63,118 bases of DNA. Origin: a virus. Lineage: Duplodnaviria; Caudoviricetes. A program made the position numbers and the translations under genes. Shown one piece after another: positions 26,069 to 33,797 of the stretch. Position 1 is the stretch's first letter. Every line of letters starts with the position of its first letter. The notes below the pieces were generated by a model. That model was not told the DNA's origin. It searched no databases and worked only from the letters and a program-made list of their open reading frames with translations. The DNA lies in the IMG/VR virus record IMGVR_UViG_3300010042_000001, positions 1 to 63,118 of that record; one strand, written 5' to 3'.

Positions 26069-26596
26069 TTAAGTGGTGTATCCGGCGCGCTTGTTCATGC
26101 TCTGGGCAATCAACATCGCGTCTTCGAGATCGGAGGGTAGGTTGCCGTTGAAGGACACAACGATATCGCCATTGCGGTGGATGAACGTGCCGTCGTCGTT
26201 GCGGATGACATACGACCAGTTGCCTTGCTGCAGTGAGTAGCGGTTGGCCACGGCCGCCAGCAGCTCCCGCTCGGCGTCTTGCTCCACCGGTGTGTTGCCG
26301 CCGTAGTACAGCGTTTCCTTGCTGAGAAAGTCGATGACCAGTGGCACCTCGCGGAACAACTGCACGGGGCCTGTCGTCGGGGTGTCCAGCTCCACAATGC
26401 GGGCGAACAGAGCTTGCGCTAATTCGTCGTTCTCCCGCTGGTGGGCCTGCTGACCGTCTTTCTTCGCGCCGATCTTGCCATCAGCTTTCATACCGACGGT
26501 CCATTCGCCGAAACGCAGCTTTTGCACAGCGGGTCCGCTGGGTATCACCGCCAGTCCGTCATAGTGCGCTTCGTCGTCTTGTTGTGCAGTCATCAA
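26069..26596 (-). CDS. Hypothetical protein
   Basis: GGAG RBS; overlap with upstream stop. Confidence 0.65.
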   Translation of the reverse strand: MMTAQQDDEAHYDGLAVIPSGPAVQKLRFGEWTVGMKADGKIGAKKDGQQAHQRENDELAQALFARIVELDTPTTGPVQLFREVPLVIDFLSKETLYYGGNTPVEQDAERELLAAVANRYSLQQGNWSYVIRNDDGTFIHRNGDIVVSFNGNLPSDLEDAMLIAQSMNKRAGYTT

Positions 26597-26904
26597 ATGC
26601 TCCAGTTCAAAGTGAGATAAAAATTCGGATCAGTCGGCCGAGGCTTGCGCTTCGGGTGGGTCGTCGGTAACTCAGCGGCGATCTGCGCCGTGATCAACAT
26701 CACCTCGGCATCGGACACCCCTGCTCGGGATGCCTCCAGCGCGGGGCTGTAGGGGTTCTTGTGGCAGTACGGCGAATCCGGCCGGTGTGGGCCCCATGGG
26801 TAACCGCCGCAGTTGCAGACCTTATGGCCCGTGTCCAGCAGGTGCTTGGTAAACAGGCCATGGCTGCGTCTACGGGTCCGGCACTCGGGGCAGCGGAACA
26901 GCAT
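26593..26904 (-). CDS. Cys/His-rich Zn-binding protein
   Basis: RCPEC...H.....H..CNCGGY..PHRP.S..C. Confidence 0.7.
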   Translation of the reverse strand: MLFRCPECRTRRRSHGLFTKHLLDTGHKVCNCGGYPWGPHRPDSPYCHKNPYSPALEASRAGVSDAEVMLITAQIAAELPTTHPKRKPRPTDPNFYLTLNWSI

Positions 26905-27207
26905 TCACAGGCCCAGCGAGCGCCGCTCACGCAGCCTGCGCACACGGTCAGCCGATGGGCGGGGGCCAGGCCGCGCGGCATCTTTCTTGTTGCCCCACGA
27001 GAACATGGCGATTACCGGCCGCTGGCGGTCGTCCTCTGCCCAGCCCGACACATGCACCGTCTTGATCGTCCGCATGGTCTTGATCCAGCGGGTCACGGTC
27101 GGCACGGCCAGGCCCGTCATCGCGGACAGATCCTTGTAGGTGTGCTTGCCGGCGCAGAGAGCAGTCTGCATGCGCAGGGTCAGCTCTGGTGTGTTTCTTA
27201 CAGCCAT
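26905..27207 (-). CDS. HTH/winged-helix DNA-binding protein
   Basis: TYKDLSAMTGLAVPTVTRWIK...VHVSGW..D. Confidence 0.7.
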   Translation of the reverse strand: MAVRNTPELTLRMQTALCAGKHTYKDLSAMTGLAVPTVTRWIKTMRTIKTVHVSGWAEDDRQRPVIAMFSWGNKKDAARPGPRPSADRVRRLRERRSLGL

Positions 27208-27278
27208 CGGTAAATTCCTCGGAGCGAGATTGCGATCAGGTACAGGCCGAGCCAGATGGCCAGGGTCAGGCGGGCCAT
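27198..27278 (-). CDS. 26-aa single-TM peptide
   Basis: MARLTLAIWLGLYLIAISLRGIYRWL; TGATG-coupled. Confidence 0.45.
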   Translation of the reverse strand: MARLTLAIWLGLYLIAISLRGIYRWL

Positions 27279-27511
27279 CAGCGCACCAGGCCCATGCCGT
27301 GGGGGTGCTTGAGCAGCATGGTGCCCGTGTAAGCCACGCTCACGCGGTCGATGCGCTGCGGGCTGTTGGCGGGGTGCAGCACGTGGCGGGTGCCCATGCG
27401 CTCCTTGACCTCTTGCAGGCGTTGCTCGTTGCGTGCGGCAACGTGGCCCAGGTGCTCTTTCTCGGCCGCCACGGCGTCGAGTTTCATTCGGTTGGCATTC
27501 ACAGCGCTCAT
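27278..27511 (-). CDS. Hypothetical protein, first gene of the leftward operon
   Basis: AGGAG RBS. Confidence 0.7.
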   Translation of the reverse strand: MSAVNANRMKLDAVAAEKEHLGHVAARNEQRLQEVKERMGTRHVLHPANSPQRIDRVSVAYTGTMLLKHPHGMGLVR

Positions 27512-27548
27512 GGTGATCTCCTGTTGATTTCGTGTTGCGATGAAACGT

Positions 27549-27577
27549 ACTGTACATACATTTTCCCGTTACGACAA
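27549..27577 (-). promoter_or_regulatory. Leftward sigma70 promoter
   Basis: TTGTCG-N17-TACAGT in the divergent intergenic region. Confidence 0.6.
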
Positions 27578-27580
27578 GTT

Positions 27581-27638
27581 TTTTAGCGATTGCGATGTTA
27601 GATAAATTTCTTTTCGCACTCGCTAAACGTGGTATGCT
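27581..27638 (+). promoter_or_regulatory. Two oppositely oriented operator motifs plus a rightward extended -10 promoter
   Basis: TTTTAGCGATTGCGA at 27581, TCGCACTCGCTAAA at 27614, TGgTATGCT at 27630-27638. Confidence 0.6.
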
Positions 27639-27690
27639 CCGCTCGCCTTTTACCCAGGTATCACTTTTCAACCTTTTTGGAGTCACATAC

Positions 27691-28200
27691 ATGAGCATCG
27701 AACAAGCATTGGCCGACAACACCGCAGCCCTCAAGCACCTGGCCACCGTGATCGCATCTGCTGGTGCAGCAGGCGCCCTGGCCGCAGGCGGTGATGCGGG
27801 AAACGCGACGGGAGCGGAGGGCAAGAAGGGTCCGGGTCGCCCAGCGGGCAGTGGCAAGAAGGAAGAACCCACTGGCAAGAGTGCGGAAACCCCTGCCGGT
27901 TCCACCCAAGGTGCTGGGAATGCATCCGCAAAGGACTCCAAGCAAACGCAGACAGCTACCGCCGGCAAGGTGTGGAATGACGTGGTGGAGAAGGTCAAGG
28001 AACTGCTCAAGAGCAAGGAAGACGGCCACGGCAAGCCCGGCGTCGAAAAGGTCATCGCGCATTTCGGCCTCGCCGGCCAGAAGGTGCCGGCCCTCGAAGC
28101 TCTGGGCAAGCACGACGAAGTGTTCGCGGCCATCGAAAAGGTGCTCAAGAACGAAGCCCTGGACGGCGCCGAAGAATCGGACGACGATATCCTCGGTTAA
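27691..28200 (+). CDS. Replication-module hypothetical protein
   Basis: MSIEQALADNTAAL..L N-terminus, low-complexity linker, acidic tail DDDILG; usual position before DUF2800. Confidence 0.8.
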   Translation: MSIEQALADNTAALKHLATVIASAGAAGALAAGGDAGNATGAEGKKGPGRPAGSGKKEEPTGKSAETPAGSTQGAGNASAKDSKQTQTATAGKVWNDVVEKVKELLKSKEDGHGKPGVEKVIAHFGLAGQKVPALEALGKHDEVFAAIEKVLKNEALDGAEESDDDILG

Positions 28201-28217
28201 TTTCGACGTGTTCGGTT

Positions 28218-28257
28218 AAAAAGGCCACCGCCGGCTCTCCAGGTGGCGGCCTTTTTT
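28218..28257 (+). terminator. Rho-independent terminator
   Basis: GGCCACCGCC..GGTGGCGGCC hairpin followed by T6. Confidence 0.75.
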
Positions 28258-28274
28258 GCAGAACAGACGAACCC

Positions 28275-29714
28275 ATGCCCTCCTACCACGCAGAACTCTC
28301 CCCCTCCGGCGCCGACCGCTGGACCGATTGCACCGCATCACCTGGTGCGCAGCGCGGTATCCCCAACAAGAACAGCCTCGCCAGCATGGACGGCACCTGC
28401 GGCCACCAGATCCTGGCCGAGTGCCTAGAGTGGGGCCACGAGCCGCAGGCGTACCTGGGCGCTGTGCTGGTGTTCTGGTATCACGACAACAGCGATTCGC
28501 ACGGGGAAGACTGGTACGAGCAGTTCGCTGAAATGGCCAACACCGAGGATATAGTGGACCTGGGCCGCGTCACGGTCACCCAAGAGCTGGTAGATGCGGT
28601 GTACTCCGTCATGGATTTCGTCCAGGAGTTGCACCTACTGCGCGGCGGCATGCTGGAGGTCGAGCAGGCTGTGCCCATTGGCCACATCACCGGCGAGCTG
28701 CGGGACGGCACGATCATCGATACCGACGACGCAGACGACTACCCAGACCACGTGCTCGCCAGTGGCACCTCGGACGTCACCATTGTGGGCGACGACTGGA
28801 TCATTGTGGTAGACGCCAAGTTCGGCCGCAAACCCGTGTTCGCGCGCACCATCATCCAGCAGGCTTGCCACGGTATCGTGGACGGGGACTATCAGGAGGA
28901 AATCGCGCGGGCCAACCTGCAGATGGCTTTCTACGCCCTCGGCGCCGCGCGCAAGTACGCCCAATTCGGCGATTTCAAAACGGTGACGGTGATCATCGCC
29001 CAGCCGTTCGCCGGGGCCAACATGAGCGAATACACCTGCAGCATGGACGAGCTGCGGGCCCTGGAGGTGTGGCTGCGGGCCAAGGCTGTGGAGACGCGCG
29101 AGAACCCGCAATACCGGCCCAGCCCAGAGAACTGTTTCTACTGCCGGGCCGCCGGCAACTGCAAGGCCCAGACAGACATGGTGCTGGAGCTGGCCCTGGA
29201 GGGCTTCGACGACGAGACCACGGTGCGGCCATTGGAGCGCAGCCGCCGCAGTCTCGGCACCTTGTACCAGTTGCTCCCGTTGGTGGCGCGCTGGATCGAA
29301 ATGGTCGAGGTCCAGGTCAAGACCAAGCTCCTGGCCGGGGCCCGTGTGACGCGCGACGACGGTGTGGGTTACAAGCTGATTGCCGGTAAGATGACACCCC
29401 GCCGTTGGATGAACGAGGCGCAGGCCGAAATGGTCATGCAGTTGCTCGGCGTGCCCGACGAACGGATGTACAAGGTCGAAATGATCAGCCCGTCAGAGGC
29501 AGAGAAGCTGGCCCGCCGCCCACGGGTGGCCAAGGGCGAGACGAAGATACCCCCGATCATCACGAAAGAGGATTGGGAAGAATTACAGGAACAGATCACC
29601 ACTCCCGTGCCTGGCGCGCCGGTGATCGTCCTCGAAACAGACCCGAGGCCGCCGGTGGAATCTCCCACCGATGGTTTCGAGGATGTGCCGCTAGACGACG
29701 ATTCGATTGTCTAG
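28275..29714 (+). CDS. DUF2800 PD-(D/E)XK (Cas4-like) exonuclease
   Basis: HAELSPSGADRWTDC, GTSD...VVDAKFG, N.Q...YALGA, CFYCRA...C. Confidence 0.88.
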   Translation: MPSYHAELSPSGADRWTDCTASPGAQRGIPNKNSLASMDGTCGHQILAECLEWGHEPQAYLGAVLVFWYHDNSDSHGEDWYEQFAEMANTEDIVDLGRVTVTQELVDAVYSVMDFVQELHLLRGGMLEVEQAVPIGHITGELRDGTIIDTDDADDYPDHVLASGTSDVTIVGDDWIIVVDAKFGRKPVFARTIIQQACHGIVDGDYQEEIARANLQMAFYALGAARKYAQFGDFKTVTVIIAQPFAGANMSEYTCSMDELRALEVWLRAKAVETRENPQYRPSPENCFYCRAAGNCKAQTDMVLELALEGFDDETTVRPLERSRRSLGTLYQLLPLVARWIEMVEVQVKTKLLAGARVTRDDGVGYKLIAGKMTPRRWMNEAQAEMVMQLLGVPDERMYKVEMISPSEAEKLARRPRVAKGETKIPPIITKEDWEELQEQITTPVPGAPVIVLETDPRPPVESPTDGFEDVPLDDDSIV

Positions 29715-29749
29715 GGTTGATTGTTGAACTTCAAAACTGGAAACACAAA

Positions 29750-30550
29750 ATGCCTGAATTCAAGAGTAGCAAAGAGGTCATCCTGAAAGGGCTCACGCTC
29801 GACTGGAACGACCTGTTCGTGCCCCAAGCCGGCCAAGATGGTGGCGCACCAAAGTTCAAGATCATCGGCCTGTTTGAAAAGGACAGCGACGCCTACAAGG
29901 TGGGGCTGGCCGCCATGCGCGAAGCAGCGACCTTGATGTGGGGCGCCAACGCCAACGACATGTTGAAGAACATGGCGGCCAACAGCAAGGCGATCCGCAA
30001 CGGCAACAGCAAGCGCGACGACGACGGCGCGGTGCGGCCCGAGTACGAAAACATGTTCTTTATCTCGGCCAGCAACAAGGGGAAACCCAAGGTCGTCGGT
30101 CCAACGCGCGTCGGCCGCACTGGGCCCGGCAAGTACAAGGTCGGCGCCCCTGGCGAGCAGTTCTTTGTGGAGATCCAGGAGGACGGTCGCTGCATGGTCA
30201 ACGGTGAATTCGTCGATCCACCGTACAAGATCACCGTGCCTTACCGTGGCTGCAAGGCCAACGCCAAGGTGCAATTCATTTCCGGCAAGTCGTTCAAGGG
30301 CAAGGACGAAAAAATCGTCCCCAACCAGGTGTATGCCAAGCTGATCGCCGTGCAGTTCGTTGGTGACGGCGTGCCGTTCGGCCCAGGTGCCACGAGCGCC
30401 GAAGGCTTCGACGACGAAGACATGCCCACGGGCAGCAACAGCGGCATGGACGACGAGGACGACGATATCCTCGGCGGTGCTGGCGGCTCGTCTTCCCCTC
30501 GCCGCGCCGCCAGCGGGTTTGACGATATGGATTCGGATATCCCATTTTGA
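29750..30550 (+). CDS. ssb: DUF2815-family ssDNA-binding protein with an SSB-like DIPF tail
   Basis: RNGNSK....RPEY, YRGC, L.AVQF..DG.PFG; acidic tail. Confidence 0.85.
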   Translation: MPEFKSSKEVILKGLTLDWNDLFVPQAGQDGGAPKFKIIGLFEKDSDAYKVGLAAMREAATLMWGANANDMLKNMAANSKAIRNGNSKRDDDGAVRPEYENMFFISASNKGKPKVVGPTRVGRTGPGKYKVGAPGEQFFVEIQEDGRCMVNGEFVDPPYKITVPYRGCKANAKVQFISGKSFKGKDEKIVPNQVYAKLIAVQFVGDGVPFGPGATSAEGFDDEDMPTGSNSGMDDEDDDILGGAGGSSSPRRAASGFDDMDSDIPF

Positions 30551-30561
30551 TGGGCTGAATC

Positions 30562-31221
30562 ATGCAATGCGGTCTGTGTTTGCAGGTCAAGCCTGCTACC
30601 GCGTTTTACGCGAGCAACAAAGCCAAGTGCAAGGAGTGCGTGAAAGCATCTGTGCGGGCGAATCGAGTCGCAAACATAGACCACTATCGCGCCTTTGATC
30701 GCAGACGCAGTAGCTTGCCGCACCGAGTCGAGGCACGGGCAAAGTACCAAGAAACACCAGAGTACGAAATCAGCCACAGTGCTGCGGCGCGGCGCTGGGC
30801 GGCAAACAACACGGTCCAACGGAAAGCGCAGATCAAACTCGGTAACGCAGTCCGCGACGGCAAGGTAACCCCCTGGCCCGGCTGCGCGGTCCCCTCCTGC
30901 TGTGAAGCACCAGAGGCCCACCACCCCGATTACAGCCGGCCACTCGATGTGGTATGGCTGTGCCCCAAGCATCACGCAGCGGCCCACTCACTGGTGAAGC
31001 CGCACAACATGAAGAAAGTGAGTAACGCAATGGCAACAGCATCGATCAAAGTAGGGCGCAAGGTGAGCATCACCAAGTCGCCCAGTCGGTTTACCGAGGG
31101 CAAGGTCACCGAGATCCTGGACACCCCCCGTGGCCAGTGGTATGTGGTGGACGTGAACACCGACCGCAAGAAACCGGCGAACCCTCAGAAGTACCGTCTG
31201 GGCGACCTCGCAGCCCGGTAA
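30562..31221 (+). CDS. HNH-like endonuclease reading in frame into a small basic gene (internal start 31030)
   Basis: CGLC..KP...FY....CKEC, EAHHPDYSRPLDVVWLCPKHH. Confidence 0.75.
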   Translation: MQCGLCLQVKPATAFYASNKAKCKECVKASVRANRVANIDHYRAFDRRRSSLPHRVEARAKYQETPEYEISHSAAARRWAANNTVQRKAQIKLGNAVRDGKVTPWPGCAVPSCCEAPEAHHPDYSRPLDVVWLCPKHHAAAHSLVKPHNMKKVSNAMATASIKVGRKVSITKSPSRFTEGKVTEILDTPRGQWYVVDVNTDRKKPANPQKYRLGDLAAR

Positions 31222-31238
31222 AACGACAAGCGAAAAAT

Positions 31239-31266
31239 AAACCGTCTTTCGAGGCGGTTTTCTTTT
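31239..31266 (+). terminator. Rho-independent terminator
   Basis: AAACCGTCT-TTCG-AGGCGGTTT followed by TCTTTT. Confidence 0.8.
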
Positions 31267-31293
31267 GACAAGTTATTTCGCATTCGCTAAACT
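31265..31293 (+). promoter_or_regulatory. Sigma70 promoter with operator motif
   Basis: TTGACA-N17-TAAACT; 31271-31298 is identical to 38875-38902. Confidence 0.8.
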
Positions 31294-31325
31294 CTGTATC
31301 TCAATCAACTGAACTGGAGGTTCGC

Positions 31326-32060
31326 ATGAACAGTGTCGATATCCGCCGCCCCAAGCTGGCTGCGGCTTTGAAGTGGGGCATTGGCCTGGTGGCGGTCTTC
31401 GTCGCCGGCCTGGCGGCCATCACCATCGTGAAGGGCATTCTCGCCCTGTCGTTGCTCGGGCTCGCGGCTGCAGCGGTCATCTATGGCTCCCCGTGGGCCG
31501 CGATGAAGCTGGCCAACATGTCCCTCTCGGCCCAGAAACACGAGGCGCGCGAAAACCCCATCGAGACGCGCCAGAACATGGCCGTGCAGATGCGGCAGCA
31601 ACTGGCCAGTGGCGAAGAGGCGTTGACCCTGTTCGCTGGCGCCGTGGCGGATTTTGCCGACCAGGTGAAGGCCCTCAAGCGCGACCAACCGGACGACGCG
31701 GCCGACTTCGACGAGCAGCTTGCCAAGATGCGTGAACTGCTCTCGTTCCGTGAGAAAGCCTGGCAGAACGCCAAGGCCACAGTGGTCGAATTCGAGAAGG
31801 CAACTGGCCGCGCAGCCAACAAATGGAAAGTCGCGCAGGTTGCAGCTCGGGTCAACAAACTCTCCGGTGCGGCTATCGGCACGGAAATGGACAAGCTCCT
31901 GGCCGCCGAGTCGCTGGACTCCGTGCAGTCGGCCATGAACCGCGCATTCGCTGACATGGACCGTGCTATCCGGGCCGAGAGCGTGCCGCAGCTCGCCGCC
32001 CAGCCCACCCACACCATCGACGTGAACGCCGTCGAGATCCGCGAAAAGGTGCGCCTGTGA
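31326..32060 (+). CDS. Membrane-anchored coiled-coil protein (PspA/IM30-like architecture)
   Basis: GGAGG RBS; two N-terminal TMs, ENPIET motif, long Ala/Glu-rich helix. Confidence 0.7.
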   Translation: MNSVDIRRPKLAAALKWGIGLVAVFVAGLAAITIVKGILALSLLGLAAAAVIYGSPWAAMKLANMSLSAQKHEARENPIETRQNMAVQMRQQLASGEEALTLFAGAVADFADQVKALKRDQPDDAADFDEQLAKMRELLSFREKAWQNAKATVVEFEKATGRAANKWKVAQVAARVNKLSGAAIGTEMDKLLAAESLDSVQSAMNRAFADMDRAIRAESVPQLAAQPTHTIDVNAVEIREKVRL

Positions 32061-32209
32061 TCTACAAAATCATCCTCTCCATTCTGCTGGTCATCGTGCT
32101 CGGTCTGGGCTTGCTCAAGACCATCGCCGACGACGGGCGGCCCACACCCTCTGTGTCGCCGGCCGGCAGCGCCGATGACGCATCCCGCAAGTCGCTGCGC
32201 ATCCCCTGA
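32057..32209 (+). CDS. 50-aa single-TM protein
   Basis: GTGA overlap; IILSILLVIVLGLGLL. Confidence 0.6.
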   Translation: MIYKIILSILLVIVLGLGLLKTIADDGRPTPSVSPAGSADDASRKSLRIP

Positions 32210-32236
32210 TCCCTCCACTCCTGAAAGGAAACCATC

Positions 32237-33163
32237 GTGAAAAAGTACCTCGTCGCATTCGCACTGGCCATCGGCGCCATGCTCTCCGCTTCTGCCCAAC
32301 AAGTCACGGTCTCGACCGGTGACGGCGCCGGCAGCACCTACGTGGCCATGCTCGGCAACATCGCGAAGTGGTGCGGAAACGCCGTCTCGCTCGTGCCCAT
32401 GCCGTCCAGCGGCTCCATCGAGAACCTGGACCGCCTGGTGGGCAACAAGGTCAACGCCGCTTTCGTCCAGTCGGACATGTTGTACATGCGTGCCCGCACC
32501 GAAGACCTGGGCGATATCAAAACGCTGCTGGCGTTGCACCCCGAGCAACTGCACTTCGTCGTGCCGCCCACCTCCGGGATTAAGACCGGCGGCGTGGTTG
32601 GCATCGGTGGCAAGGCTGTGGTCTTCTCGGACTTAGCCGACCTCCACGGCTACAGCATCGGCGCCTCGGGCGGTTCCGTTGAAACACTCAAGATCGTTCG
32701 CCTGCAGAGCGAAGTGAATTTCTCGGTGCTGGAGTACCCGGATGCCAAGGCCGTGAAGGAGGGCTTGGCCCGTGGTGAGGTCCAGGCCGCCCTGTTCGTC
32801 GGCGGCGCGCCCCTGCCCTCCGTGGAGTCCCTGCCGGCCGGCTATCGCATGCTGTCGGTCTCCGAAGCCCTGCAGAGCAAGATGAAGGGTGTGTACAAGC
32901 CGGCGCGCGGCAACTACCGCAACCTGGGCGCCACCGGCGTGCCCACGGTGTCCACCGACGCACTGCTCGTGACCCGCACGTACACGACGCCGAAGATGGT
33001 CCACGGTCTGGGCACGCTGCGCGCCTGCGTGATCGACAACCTGGCCGAGATCAAGGAGACCTCCGGCACACACCCCGCATGGCGTAACGTGAAGGCCGAC
33101 AACAAGGGCCCGTGGAGCTGGTACGAGCTGCCCGCCCCGCAACCTGGTACGGTGAAAAAGTAA
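32237..33163 (+). CDS. TAXI-family (TRAP) periplasmic solute-binding protein
   Basis: Signal peptide; STG...STY, SSGSIENL, AAFVQSD, LH.EQLH motifs. Confidence 0.8.
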   Translation: MKKYLVAFALAIGAMLSASAQQVTVSTGDGAGSTYVAMLGNIAKWCGNAVSLVPMPSSGSIENLDRLVGNKVNAAFVQSDMLYMRARTEDLGDIKTLLALHPEQLHFVVPPTSGIKTGGVVGIGGKAVVFSDLADLHGYSIGASGGSVETLKIVRLQSEVNFSVLEYPDAKAVKEGLARGEVQAALFVGGAPLPSVESLPAGYRMLSVSEALQSKMKGVYKPARGNYRNLGATGVPTVSTDALLVTRTYTTPKMVHGLGTLRACVIDNLAEIKETSGTHPAWRNVKADNKGPWSWYELPAPQPGTVKK

Positions 33164-33166
33164 GCC

Positions 33167-33574
33167 ATGGCCGCGCACCCCCACGCGGCCTTTATGGCCG
33201 AATTCGCGAAGGACGCAGCTACCACCGAAAGGCCGTGGCTGCTCTGGCAAGCAAAAGGCGCACGAGGCATCTGGTACACACTGCGTGTTGCGCCGACCTG
33301 GATGCCTGACATGCAGTACCGTCGCAAGGTTGCCTGCGTCAAGATCAACGGGGAAGAGATCCCGATGCCCGAACGCCATGCCCCAACCATGGGTTCTCAC
33401 TACTACACACCCAACCTCTCGGGCGAAGGGACCAACCGCTGCACCGAGCTGCGTTGGCACGCCTCTGATTTGGACTGCTTGTTACTGCGGCGGGGCTTGG
33501 TTCATGCATCGCACCAGGCGGCCACGCAGCACGCAATGGCCCTCACGGCGGCCACCCGAATCGCACCAGACTGA
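33167..33574 (+). CDS. Hypothetical phage protein
   Basis: HA..M..FA.DA..T.RPW.LW...P.W.....YRRK...ING motif. Confidence 0.75.
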   Translation: MAAHPHAAFMAEFAKDAATTERPWLLWQAKGARGIWYTLRVAPTWMPDMQYRRKVACVKINGEEIPMPERHAPTMGSHYYTPNLSGEGTNRCTELRWHASDLDCLLLRRGLVHASHQAATQHAMALTAATRIAPD

Positions 33575-33797
33575 CCAGCGGCGCGGTATCATTGGCACCT
33601 GGACTTAGGGCGTTGGCACCTCCAGTTTCGCACAGGCTTGCGCACCTCTCTCGGGCTGTCACGGGACGGCTGAGACAACAAGGCCATATGGATGCCTCGA
33701 TACGGGCCCTAGAGCACTTCCCCGGTCTTGGATAGTACGCCGCTGCCGATGGGCAACAATCAAGCGGCAATATGCGCAACGAGAGAAACAGCTACAT

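Noticed and set aside
28275-29714. Cas4 as evidence of a CRISPR system
   Set aside because: It is the DUF2800 exonuclease in its usual replication context before SSB and polymerase.
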